A stretch of DNA of 64,000 nucleotides from Pseudobdellovibrionaceae bacterium (GTDB taxonomy: Bacteria > Bdellovibrionota > Bdellovibrionia > Bdellovibrionales > UBA1609), in NCBI GenBank assembly GCA_018663505.1, contig JABJQG010000065.1:3315-67314 (forward strand). Direction: 5' to 3'. A model generated the notes under the pieces. The model searched no databases. It saw nothing but the letters and a program-made list of their open reading frames with translations, and was not told the DNA's origin. The position numbers were made by a program, and so were the translations under genes. Shown piece after piece: positions 48,179 to 57,001 of this stretch (position 1 is the stretch's first letter; each line of letters begins with the position of its first letter).

Positions 48179-49858
48179 ATGAAAAATATACGCAACATAA
48201 TAATTGTAATGGGTTTAATTTTTACAAATAATTTAATGGCTCAGCTGAATTTGACTTCAGAGTATGAGCTATTTTTAGACAACGAGAAGGTATTTAACCT
48301 AGTAAAGTCTAAGATTACTTCCACGAATAAGATAGATTCTGCTCTGCCTATTTCTGACTTTGTATTAGATACACATATTTCAGAAATTAATGAAACCATT
48401 GCTACTGAAGTGGCTGGGGTTGAATTTGAGTTTACCTCAGAAGCACAAATCGAATCACTGAATAATAATGAGTACCGACTAAAAATAAATATTAAAAAAC
48501 TTTCTATTTATATAGATAAAATTGAAACTCATCATCAAATTTTAAGAAGAGTAGGCAGCAGTTATATTAAGACTAATATTGATGGTTTATGTGAAAATAT
48601 TAAAATGGAATCCAAAAATGGACTCAACTATAACTCTTTTATTGATATGAGTTATAATGTTCAGGGCGGAGTATTAGCTTTAAACTACAGTGATTTGATT
48701 CTCAATAAACAAGAAGGGTCTTTAGGCCTAAGTAACATTAGCTGTTCAGGGATTAAGGGCTTTGAGGAAGTTGTTTCTACTGAGCTAATGAATAAGTTAA
48801 ATGATGTGAATTTTATCAAAAGTGAATTAGAAAAGTATTTCTTATCTAAGATTGGTGTTATTTCACAAAAAGTCGAAGATGAAATATTAAAACCTGCAGA
48901 CTTGGGTGGTCATAAGGATAAGCTGGTAGTTAAGTCATACCCTCAGTCCCTAGAGGGCTTTGAGGACGGAATATCGGTAAAAGGTTTAATGGTATTTAAC
49001 TTTAAAACTAGGTCAGCAATAGTTGGAGAAACCTATGTGGCACTTAACACTAAGAATGTACCACTAAATGAAGGTTTGAAAAAAGACTGTCGAACAAATG
49101 CATCTGCATTTGATTGGCAAGAGTGGGACTCCATGTTTGGTGGTGATAGTGACTACTATTATGAGGACGTCCCTTTGGGCAGCGAAATCTTTGCAGAATT
49201 TTGTGACTATACAAAATCATTGAAATCTGATTCAAGTGGCTTTTCTCGACTATTACTGCCTTACGGATTATTAGATAAAGTGGCTGCTTATATGCATCAC
49301 TCACAAATGGCCAGGTTTCAAACTGATACTAAAAGTATTTCGGGATTAAAGAAATTAATGAAGTCCAGGTGGACACAGTTTTTTGTTTTTAGAGATTTAA
49401 TGAACTTCCCCAAAAGAACAAATTTTTACTTATTTTTATCTACTGAAGATGTGCCACAAGTGAGTTCCGTTTATGAACTCTCTCAACAAAGCTTAGGTTT
49501 TGAAATTCAATCTAAATTGGTATTAGATATGTTTGCACCTATAAATGGACAGTGGGAGCATTATTTGAATTTTTACTCTCAGGTTTATACACCAGTTAAA
49601 TTAGATATTGATCAGGCAAACTTGAATTTTAATTTTTTAAAACCAGATCTAGATTTAACTTACAGATTTGATAAAGAATATATGAGTAAGCATAAAGTGA
49701 AAAAACGTATTAGCACAGACACACTAAAAGAGCACCTTGTGGACGCTATTGATGGCTATGAATATTCCATTGATTTTAGCCAACTTACACCTCTTAAGGA
49801 TAAATTAAAATTCACGAATATTGTTTTAGATGAAGGCAATTTATCAGTTGGTTTTTAA
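48179..49858 (+). CDS. Secreted hypothetical protein (559 aa), divergent from the RND gene
   Basis: Signal peptide MKNIRNIIIVMGLIFTNNLMA. No family motif recognised. Confidence 0.45.
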   Translation: MKNIRNIIIVMGLIFTNNLMAQLNLTSEYELFLDNEKVFNLVKSKITSTNKIDSALPISDFVLDTHISEINETIATEVAGVEFEFTSEAQIESLNNNEYRLKINIKKLSIYIDKIETHHQILRRVGSSYIKTNIDGLCENIKMESKNGLNYNSFIDMSYNVQGGVLALNYSDLILNKQEGSLGLSNISCSGIKGFEEVVSTELMNKLNDVNFIKSELEKYFLSKIGVISQKVEDEILKPADLGGHKDKLVVKSYPQSLEGFEDGISVKGLMVFNFKTRSAIVGETYVALNTKNVPLNEGLKKDCRTNASAFDWQEWDSMFGGDSDYYYEDVPLGSEIFAEFCDYTKSLKSDSSGFSRLLLPYGLLDKVAAYMHHSQMARFQTDTKSISGLKKLMKSRWTQFFVFRDLMNFPKRTNFYLFLSTEDVPQVSSVYELSQQSLGFEIQSKLVLDMFAPINGQWEHYLNFYSQVYTPVKLDIDQANLNFNFLKPDLDLTYRFDKEYMSKHKVKKRISTDTLKEHLVDAIDGYEYSIDFSQLTPLKDKLKFTNIVLDEGNLSVGF

Positions 49859-49968
49859 TTACAAGTGAACTGGGTTTCATTTGAAGCTTCTAAGTTGATT
49901 TTAATTGTGTAATCAAGCTTATGAGTTAATACTTCTCTAAAGATAATGAACTTACTTTGGAGATATAA

Positions 49969-50331
49969 ATGATTTCGTATTCAGTTTATAAGGTTATACA
50001 TTTGTTAGGTGTTTTTTTAACATTAGGCGCGCTATTTGGATGGACTATGCATTATTTTAATGGTGGGCAGAAACAAAATGCAGCAAAAAAATTATTAGGT
50101 ATTATGCACGGAGTGGGGCTTGTCTTTGTACTTATAGCAGGTTTTGGTCTGCTAGCTAGAATTGATCAAAGTGCAATGCAGTTATGGGTTGGGTTAAAAC
50201 TGCTCATTTGGCTGTCTTTTGGAATGTACACAATACTTCTGCATAAAGGCATTTTAAAACCAAAGCTAAGTTGGTTTGTGATCCTTGCACTGGCTACATC
50301 TGCGGTTATACTAGCACAGCTAAAGATTTAA
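49969..50331 (+). CDS. Small integral membrane protein (4 TM), unknown function
   Basis: 120 aa with four hydrophobic helices. Confidence 0.5.
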   Translation: MISYSVYKVIHLLGVFLTLGALFGWTMHYFNGGQKQNAAKKLLGIMHGVGLVFVLIAGFGLLARIDQSAMQLWVGLKLLIWLSFGMYTILLHKGILKPKLSWFVILALATSAVILAQLKI

Positions 50332-50388
50332 ATAATTAAAACTTTTTTGGACAGATTCAGAACTTTTCTATTTGTGAAACAAGAAGTA

Positions 50389-51774
50389 CTAGTAAATCAT
50401 AGATAAAATTAAGCTTATATTACTGATGTTGGAATAAGATCCAAGCAGGCTTTGCTCGTCACCGGAGAAATGATGCAGGTTTAATTTGTAAAGAAAGTTG
50501 TTAGCAATTTTGTTGTTATAGCTAAGTCTGGAATATAGCCCCTGAGTCAAGGTGTCGCTGAGATGTAGAAGCTGAAATTGAGAACTGGAATTAATGGGGA
50601 GTATAAATCCTAAACCTAGTGCTTGGGAAAAGGGATCAGATTGACTTCCTGGTAGGTTGGAATTGGCGGTTTCTTTCTGACTGTTGTAGGCTTGAATTTG
50701 GTATGTAAATGTCTTTTTAAAAGCACTAAAATTAGATTCTATGGAAATTGCTGCTTTAGATTCATTAGAAGGTAAACCATTTTCGCCACTAATAGCAGGT
50801 AAACCGGGAAATGTTAGACTATCAATTAAGGAAGATTTTGTTTTTGTTTGGGCCGCCTCTGCCTTAACAATTAATTTTTCAAAACTTTTAATCACTGCGA
50901 ACCCAAAGGTTTCAATTTTGTAGTATACAGGTAACAATTCAATATCTGAATTGAGCCGGGCAGAAACTAAGTCGGGATTAATAATGAGGTCAAAATTTGA
51001 TCTCACCTGAGGGGTAGATTTCGCTCCATTAAAATATAAAAACTGGAGATCGAAGCTTTGAAACTGAAAGGCAGTGTGTAATCCGTAATTACCATTAAGC
51101 GCATTGTCTAGAGACACAGGATCATAGTAGGTATAATTAAAGGACTCTGGAAGGTAAACAGTGCCGAATTCACTGTGAACATTATTGAGCTGAGTTTGGG
51201 GCATCCAAAATGATTGAGCACCAGGTAGTAGAGATTGTTCTTTATTTGAGATAAAGAACAACTCTGTATTTATAAACTCATTGGACCAAGTGGTGGATAG
51301 GGCTAAAGAACCAATACTTTTGGGATTTAATGGATTAATGGAATTCTTGCTGTTAACAACATCAATAGGAGAGCTTCCGTCAATGTTGCCGAAATTAAAT
51401 GTTTGGAAGCCTAGTTTAATTTTATAATCTGATATTTTATATTGAAAAAAGGCAGCTGGGATATTGAGGTGAGACTTTTTATTATTAGAACCTTGTATTT
51501 CTGCAAAACTGTAATCTAAGGATAGGCGATATTTTAAATTACGATTTACTTTTTGTTTAACACTAGGTCTTAAGGAGAGGAGGTTCTTGGAGCTGACCAT
51601 TTTTTTGTATGTATTGCGATACCCCTCATTAATGATAAAAGAACCTTCGGCATCCCCCTCAAGAGAGTATTTCACTCTGCCAGCAAAGGAGGTCGCCGAA
51701 TAGTCTAATGCTATTAGTGTTAAAACTAATAACTTAAGCGTCTTTAATAGTTTTTTCCAACTCACCAGTTTCAT
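50389..51774 (-). CDS. Putative outer-membrane beta-barrel protein, unknown function
   Basis: Signal peptide ending SATSFA. Alternating-hydrophobic strands are present throughout, and the C-terminal residue is aromatic (...LSMIY). The 5' end overlaps the grxD 3' end, so the start is uncertain. Confidence 0.45.
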   Translation of the reverse strand: MKLVSWKKLLKTLKLLVLTLIALDYSATSFAGRVKYSLEGDAEGSFIINEGYRNTYKKMVSSKNLLSLRPSVKQKVNRNLKYRLSLDYSFAEIQGSNNKKSHLNIPAAFFQYKISDYKIKLGFQTFNFGNIDGSSPIDVVNSKNSINPLNPKSIGSLALSTTWSNEFINTELFFISNKEQSLLPGAQSFWMPQTQLNNVHSEFGTVYLPESFNYTYYDPVSLDNALNGNYGLHTAFQFQSFDLQFLYFNGAKSTPQVRSNFDLIINPDLVSARLNSDIELLPVYYKIETFGFAVIKSFEKLIVKAEAAQTKTKSSLIDSLTFPGLPAISGENGLPSNESKAAISIESNFSAFKKTFTYQIQAYNSQKETANSNLPGSQSDPFSQALGLGFILPINSSSQFQLLHLSDTLTQGLYSRLSYNNKIANNFLYKLNLHHFSGDEQSLLGSYSNISNISLILSMIY

Positions 51775-52045
51775 ACATTTCCATTAATATATCACTGCCA
51801 CCAATCAGCTCTTTATTTACATAAAGTTGAGGAATGGTTGGCCAGTTACCATACTCTTTAATTCCTTGGCGAATGTCTTCGTGTGATAAAACATCCACTA
51901 CCATATACTCTACACCAAAACTGTTTAAAATTTGAGAGGCTTTTGCAGAAAATCCACATTGAGGGGTATCGGGTGTACCTTTCATGAAAAGGGTGATTTT
52001 ATTGTCAGTTAAGATATTATCTATTTTGCTTTGTACTTCAGACAT
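51734..52045 (-). CDS. grxD: Monothiol glutaredoxin (Grx4/GrxD family)
   Basis: FMKGTPDTPQCGFS active site and WPTIPQLYVNKELIGGSDI. Confidence 0.93.
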   Translation of the reverse strand: MSEVQSKIDNILTDNKITLFMKGTPDTPQCGFSAKASQILNSFGVEYMVVDVLSHEDIRQGIKEYGNWPTIPQLYVNKELIGGSDILMEMYETGELEKTIKDA

Positions 52046-52180
52046 ACTGTTCTCCTGTGTTAATTCACGGTTAATTAATTTTAATTTTTTTTATTCAATT
52101 CAGAGGTAAAACCCACTTGTTAAAGCGCTTACTCTGAAGTTAAGTTGCTGTTGCAACTTTTTGACTTAATTTGGTTGAGT

Positions 52181-52408
52181 TTATTTCTCGATAGTTTTGA
52201 TTGATAAAGCATGGAGTTCGCCAGATTTAAGCTCCACATCAAAAACAGACATAATAGCCTGATGCCTTTTAATACGGTTCATATCTTTAAACTCTTTTGC
52301 TGCCACACGGACTTCCCAGTGGTCACCACCACCAGTAAGGTCCATGGCAACAACATCGCTACCGGGAAATGATTTTTGAATTTTGTCTTCTATATATTCT
52401 TGTGTCAT
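52181..52408 (-). CDS. bolA: BolA-family protein
   Basis: GGGDHWEVRVAAKEF...RHQAIMSVF...LHALSIKT. ATG 52408 has GAGGTGG upstream; the track start 52423 is a TTG. Confidence 0.88.
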   Translation of the reverse strand: MTQEYIEDKIQKSFPGSDVVAMDLTGGGDHWEVRVAAKEFKDMNRIKRHQAIMSVFDVELKSGELHALSIKTIEK

Positions 52409-52458
52409 ATTTTTCCACCTCAAAGCCTTAAAGGGACTTCTAGTTTAGTTGTATTTTA

Positions 52459-52611
52459 GTGTCGTGCTTTGCATTGCTCGTAGTTTAAAATAGTTATTTT
52501 TAACACCAAAAGGCTCAAACAGGCAGTGCTCGGCCTACGGCCTCCGCGCTGAACTCGCTTTAGGCGCAAAAAATAATTATTTTAAACTACGAGCAATGCA
52601 AAGCACGACAC
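52459..52611 (-). repeat. Composite hairpin element, copy 2: 43-bp arms (52459-52501 / 52569-52611, one G:T) around a 67-nt loop with the conserved core on the minus strand (52515-52556)
   Basis: Read directly. The arms are unrelated to those of copy 1, whereas the core and the core-stem junction are shared. Confidence 0.9.
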
Positions 52612-52693
52612 CACTGCTAGCACATTGTTATCACGAAGCTATTTAGGAACTAAGCTCCTTGATTCGAACGTCACACCGTGTTAAGAATGGCTT

Positions 52694-52975
52694 ATGGATT
52701 ATTACGAGCCTGCTTCTGAGGCACACAAAAAAAAACAACGAGTAAAAGCAAGAGAGCTGAAAGCGTCCAACTGGTGGCGTCAACAATTGCAAAAAGGCCT
52801 GTGTTATTACTGTGGAAGCCGATTTCCTTCTACCGAATTAACCATGGATCATAAGGTGGCAGTGGCTCGTGGGGGATTTTCAACTAAGTCTAATATTGTG
52901 CCCTGTTGTAAAGATTGTAATACAAAAAAGAGGCATTTAACCCCAGCGGAAATGATACTTAACAACAAATCTTAA
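52694..52975 (+). CDS. Small HNH endonuclease-domain protein
   Basis: CYYCGSRF...DHKVAVARGG...NIVPCCKDCNTKK (CxxC...H-N-H...CxxC). Confidence 0.85.
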   Translation: MDYYEPASEAHKKKQRVKARELKASNWWRQQLQKGLCYYCGSRFPSTELTMDHKVAVARGGFSTKSNIVPCCKDCNTKKRHLTPAEMILNNKS

Positions 52976-53059
52976 TTTGCTTGTGGACACAATTCCCCTA
53001 AAGTCCTTAAACTACTTAAATAAAACCAGAAGTTGAAAATCTAAAAAAAAGGATGTTGC

Positions 53060-54943
53060 GTGTCTAGCAAAATCACAACAAGTAGTACGGCAGAATACTT
53101 CGCTAAAAATTTACAGCAAGTGGGTTTCTCTTCTCCGCTTAAAGCAGTTTTAACTACCTTAAAAGAGGCCGTTGATAATTCATTAGATGCCTGTGAAGAC
53201 GAGGGCATAGCACCGGAAATCACAGTTCAGATCAAGAAAGTAGGGAAGGGTTCCTCAAAATCTGCTGACCTGATAGTGGTTACAGTTGAGGATAACGGGC
53301 CAGGGTTGGATGAAACCTTGTTGCCCAAAGTATTTGGTGAGTATTTAGCCTCATCTAAGTTTGGCCGTGGCCAGTGTTCTCGTGGACAACAGGGGATAGG
53401 AATTTCCGCTGCCACAACTTGGGCTCAGTTAACAAATGCTCAAGGTGTGAAAGTCATATCGAAAACAAAAAAAATGCGCAAAGCTATTGAGGCAATCATC
53501 GATGTAAATATCAAAGGAAATAAAGGGGTTATTAAAAACCGCAAATCCGTTGATTGGGATAAGCCACATGGTTTAAAGGCTGAGTTTAGAATTGACGGCC
53601 GAGTACAGTTAAACGGTGATGGTGGGATTTTAACATACCTTGAGGGCACAACGTTAGTTAACCCACATCTGACCTTAAACTATAAGCTTTTAGACCATGA
53701 TTGGGTGAATATTGGGCGTGTATCCGAATTTGTTCCACAGGTGCCAAAGCCTACTTTACCTCACCCACACACAATGAAGCTGGGTGAGTTTATGACTCAT
53801 GCTCATTTATTTGGTAAATTAACTTTAAAAAAATTCTTAACCACTGGTTTTTCTAGAATATCTGATGCCACGATCAAGGATTTTACAAAAAAGGGCTTAA
53901 AAAGAGCATACTTAAGTCAACCTCTTGTTAAATTTAACGAGACTGATTTTAAAGAAGTGTTTCGCGTGATTCAAGATACTGATTTAGCAAACCCAACAAC
54001 TAGGTCTGTATTAGTGGTTGGAGAAGAATCACTTTCTAAAAGTATTCAACGCTTGGGTGATATTGATTTTTTTAGTGTTATGACAAGGAAGCCCAAGATT
54101 TGTGATTTTAAACCAGTGGTGGTTGAAGTGGCTATTGCTAGATTTTTAAATAAATCTCAAGATGCCGAATCTCAAGGGGTACAACTTTTAAGATTTGCCA
54201 ATAGAGTACCGTTACAATTTGATAAAGCTTCCTGTGCAATTACAAAAGCAGTGGAGTCCGTGACTTGGCGATCTTACGGTTTAGCTCAATCGAAAAACTC
54301 ATTGCCTCAGGGGCCATATGTTATTGCGGTAAGCGTGACATCTCCTTTTATTAAATTTAAAAATGCATCCAAAGAAACTATTGATGCTAGTGAAGAGTTA
54401 GTTGAGGAAATTCGACGAGCATTGATGCAAGCGGGGCAGAAGCTAGGTAGACATATTCGAAGAGAGAATAAAGCGGCTGATTTAGAGAGAAAAATTGCTT
54501 ATATTGCTAAGTTTGGTCCTATATTGGTAGATGGTTTGGCGAGAATTGCTAAGGCTCCAAAAACCAGAAGAAATAAAGCAGAAGAGGGCTTAAATAAGAT
54601 TTTAGGCAAAGATTCGAAAGAGGCTGAGAATGAATTAAAACAAGCAGAGGACCGTTTAACAGCACAAAAAGCAAAACAGAAAGAAAAATTTGGTGATTTA
54701 AGCATAGATAAGGACCCAGCTGTTCAAGAATCTAAGCCAGCTGTAAAGGCAACTACAAAGAAGGCTGTCTCTAAGAAAACGACAAGTAAAGTAGTAAAAA
54801 AGGCTTCAAAAAAAGTTGTTAAAAAAGTCGCTAAGAAAACGGCAAAAAAGAAAGCTACTAAGAAAAAAGTTGTTAAGAAAAAAATAGCGAAAAAGAAAAC
54901 AACAAAAAAAGTCAAAAAGACAATTTTACGCAAGAAGAAGTAA
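53060..54943 (+). CDS. top6B: DNA topoisomerase VI subunit B (GHKL ATPase) with a ~76-aa Lys-rich C-terminal tail
   Basis: Bergerat-fold motifs EAVDNSLDA (N-box), VEDNGPGL (G1) and SRGQQGIGISAA (G2). The size and the transducer-like C-terminal half fit Top6B. GTG start with AAAGGA upstream. Confidence 0.85.
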   Translation: MSSKITTSSTAEYFAKNLQQVGFSSPLKAVLTTLKEAVDNSLDACEDEGIAPEITVQIKKVGKGSSKSADLIVVTVEDNGPGLDETLLPKVFGEYLASSKFGRGQCSRGQQGIGISAATTWAQLTNAQGVKVISKTKKMRKAIEAIIDVNIKGNKGVIKNRKSVDWDKPHGLKAEFRIDGRVQLNGDGGILTYLEGTTLVNPHLTLNYKLLDHDWVNIGRVSEFVPQVPKPTLPHPHTMKLGEFMTHAHLFGKLTLKKFLTTGFSRISDATIKDFTKKGLKRAYLSQPLVKFNETDFKEVFRVIQDTDLANPTTRSVLVVGEESLSKSIQRLGDIDFFSVMTRKPKICDFKPVVVEVAIARFLNKSQDAESQGVQLLRFANRVPLQFDKASCAITKAVESVTWRSYGLAQSKNSLPQGPYVIAVSVTSPFIKFKNASKETIDASEELVEEIRRALMQAGQKLGRHIRRENKAADLERKIAYIAKFGPILVDGLARIAKAPKTRRNKAEEGLNKILGKDSKEAENELKQAEDRLTAQKAKQKEKFGDLSIDKDPAVQESKPAVKATTKKAVSKKTTSKVVKKASKKVVKKVAKKTAKKKATKKKVVKKKIAKKKTTKKVKKTILRKKK

Positions 54944-54974
54944 TTTAACTTAAGATTTAAAAAGAGAGCGGTAT

Positions 54975-56135
54975 ATGGCTTTATTGAAAGTAAGAAAATC
55001 AAAAATTAACATCCCTAAAGAAGCTCAACTTATGTGTGATAAGATGTTAAAGGATCTTGAGCGGTCAAAACGACCCGTGTTAACCGCAGTAAAATGCTCA
55101 CTGGATAACTCCTTATATAATTCTAGAGTGGGTTACCTAACTCCTGGTGATAAGCGAGTAAAAACAGAGCTGAACGTGTCTTCAGTACAAAAGCTAGCCA
55201 GAACGGTTTTTATGTTAGAAGTATTACTTAATAATATCGATACAGGCGCTGTGAATACAAAACGTGAGCTTTACTATATGGCAAAAGGTTTAGTGAAGTC
55301 AGAAAAAGAGTTAAAACCCCTAGATTTTGAAGAGCAAACGGAAAGTGACGCAGTTATCGATTATATCTGTGATGTTTTAGAAGTTTACCGTGAGGAGTTA
55401 AACTGTTTTGCCAATGACCGTGGTGGACAGACATACTCTAAGGAGTTAATTGTTACTGAAACTTTATCTGACGGGACTAAGGCAACTGTAGAGCTGGGCT
55501 CCCTGGGGACCTCACCGTTTCAGCCAAAGAATAAGCCTCAAGCTTTACAGCTAAAAGCTAAAAAGAAAATTGATTTTTGCTTAGTGGTGGAATCAGAAGG
55601 TACGGCAAATACACTTGTGGCCAACGGTTTTACTAAAAGAAATAAGTGTATTGTTATGGGTGCTCAGGGTGTGCCATCAAATGCAGTTCGTGGGTGGTGT
55701 AAAACTATCCAAGATCAATTAAAAGTTCCAATATACTTTTTTGGAGATCTGGACGCCTATACATTACAAAATATTTATAGAACTCTCAAAGCGGGTTCTG
55801 CAGCCAGCTTAATTAGAAACTCTGATTTTTCGGCTCCACAAGTCCGTTTTTTAGGGGTATTGCCCGAAGATGTAAAAAAATATGACCTACTTTGCTATGA
55901 CGTGACTACTAAAGATGCTAGCGATGCACGTTCTTTAAAAAAGGCTAAGGATGCTTTGGAAAATGATCCATTTTTTAAGGATAAGAAAAATAAAAAGCTA
56001 GCTTCAATTCTTCATTGGTTAATTAAAAATAAGGTGCGTTGTGAACAGCAGTCCTTATTCTCTGTAAATCCAAAAGACCCACTAACCACCGAAAAAATTA
56101 TCCTAGAAAAGATAAAAAGAGGCAGTTACGTTTAG
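54975..56135 (+). CDS. top6A: DNA topoisomerase VI subunit A (Spo11-like: 5Y-CAP + Toprim)
   Basis: KRELYYMAKG (catalytic Tyr region), Toprim VVESEGTANTL and FFGDLDAYTLQNIY (DxD); 386 aa. Confidence 0.85.
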   Translation: MALLKVRKSKINIPKEAQLMCDKMLKDLERSKRPVLTAVKCSLDNSLYNSRVGYLTPGDKRVKTELNVSSVQKLARTVFMLEVLLNNIDTGAVNTKRELYYMAKGLVKSEKELKPLDFEEQTESDAVIDYICDVLEVYREELNCFANDRGGQTYSKELIVTETLSDGTKATVELGSLGTSPFQPKNKPQALQLKAKKKIDFCLVVESEGTANTLVANGFTKRNKCIVMGAQGVPSNAVRGWCKTIQDQLKVPIYFFGDLDAYTLQNIYRTLKAGSAASLIRNSDFSAPQVRFLGVLPEDVKKYDLLCYDVTTKDASDARSLKKAKDALENDPFFKDKKNKKLASILHWLIKNKVRCEQQSLFSVNPKDPLTTEKIILEKIKRGSYV

Positions 56136-56236
56136 GGATATGTGTCCTTCAATAGACTAAAGTACTGTGTTCCGTTTGGACACGGTTTGTGTACAAATAT
56201 ATTGAGTTTGGAATTTTCTTATCCGATAATTTTTTT

Positions 56237-57001
56237 ATGGATACACGAAGTTTAGATTTCACAACGTATTTACAAGAAGAGTTAGTTCTGAGGTGCAAAA
56301 ATAACCCTGCATACTCCTTGCGTAGCTTTGCTAATAACTTAGATATTTCGCCCTCTTTTTTAAGTAAAATTTTAAATAGAAAAAGAAGAGTCACTGACAA
56401 GGTCTTTAAAAAGCTAACAACTCACTTAAAACTAGATTCTTATACTCTAAAATCCTTTAATCAAAGGATGTATGGGAATGAGGACTTGGATTATTCATTG
56501 TATGATATCAATTTAGAGTATTTTAAAGTCATTTCTGATTGGTACCATTTTGCTCTGTTAGAGTTATTAAAAGTTGATGGCTTTAATGATTCATATGATT
56601 GGATGGCCACAAGACTAGGAATTAATGCTAATCATGTTCAATCAGCTGTTGAGAGATTATTAAAGCTGGGTCTTTTGGAAAAAGTGAATGGAAAACTAAT
56701 ACCAAGTAGTTCAGGCAATACAACTCTGAATAATAACTTTACGGATATGGCATTTAAAAAAATGCAAAATGACTTACTGAAAAAAGCCATAAGCTCTTTA
56801 TGGGATGTTGATATTGAAAAACGAGATCAAACTTCAATATGTATGGCCATAGACCCATCAGATATTAAAGAAGTAAAAAAACGTTTAACAAAAGTGAGGC
56901 GTGAAATGTGTGAATTCTTAGAGAGACCTAAAGAAAATAAACCCACTCAAGTGTATAACTTGAGTCTTTCCTTTTTTCCATTAAGCAAGGAGTTGCCATG
57001 A
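56237..57001 (+). CDS. TIGR02147/DUF4423-like putative HTH regulator (assignment from memory)
   Basis: N-terminal YLQEELVLRCKNNPAYSLRSFANNLDISPSFLSKILNRKRRVT fits the family's HTH-like head. ATG 56237 is preferred over the track start at 56189. Confidence 0.6.
   Translation: MDTRSLDFTTYLQEELVLRCKNNPAYSLRSFANNLDISPSFLSKILNRKRRVTDKVFKKLTTHLKLDSYTLKSFNQRMYGNEDLDYSLYDINLEYFKVISDWYHFALLELLKVDGFNDSYDWMATRLGINANHVQSAVERLLKLGLLEKVNGKLIPSSSGNTTLNNNFTDMAFKKMQNDLLKKAISSLWDVDIEKRDQTSICMAIDPSDIKEVKKRLTKVRREMCEFLERPKENKPTQVYNLSLSFFPLSKELP

Noticed and set aside
52137-52160. The hairpin AAGTTGC-TGTT-GCAACTT followed by TTTT, between bolA and grxD.
   Set aside because: The T-run is on the plus strand, whereas both flanking genes are on the minus strand. 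On the minus strand there is no U-tract, so it is not a convincing terminator for the bolA-grxD transcript.
54713-54943. The A-rich 3' end of top6B as a DNA-level tandem repeat.
   Set aside because: The periodicity is only at the level of AAA/AAG lysine codons with varied intervening codons. There is no exact nucleotide repeat unit.
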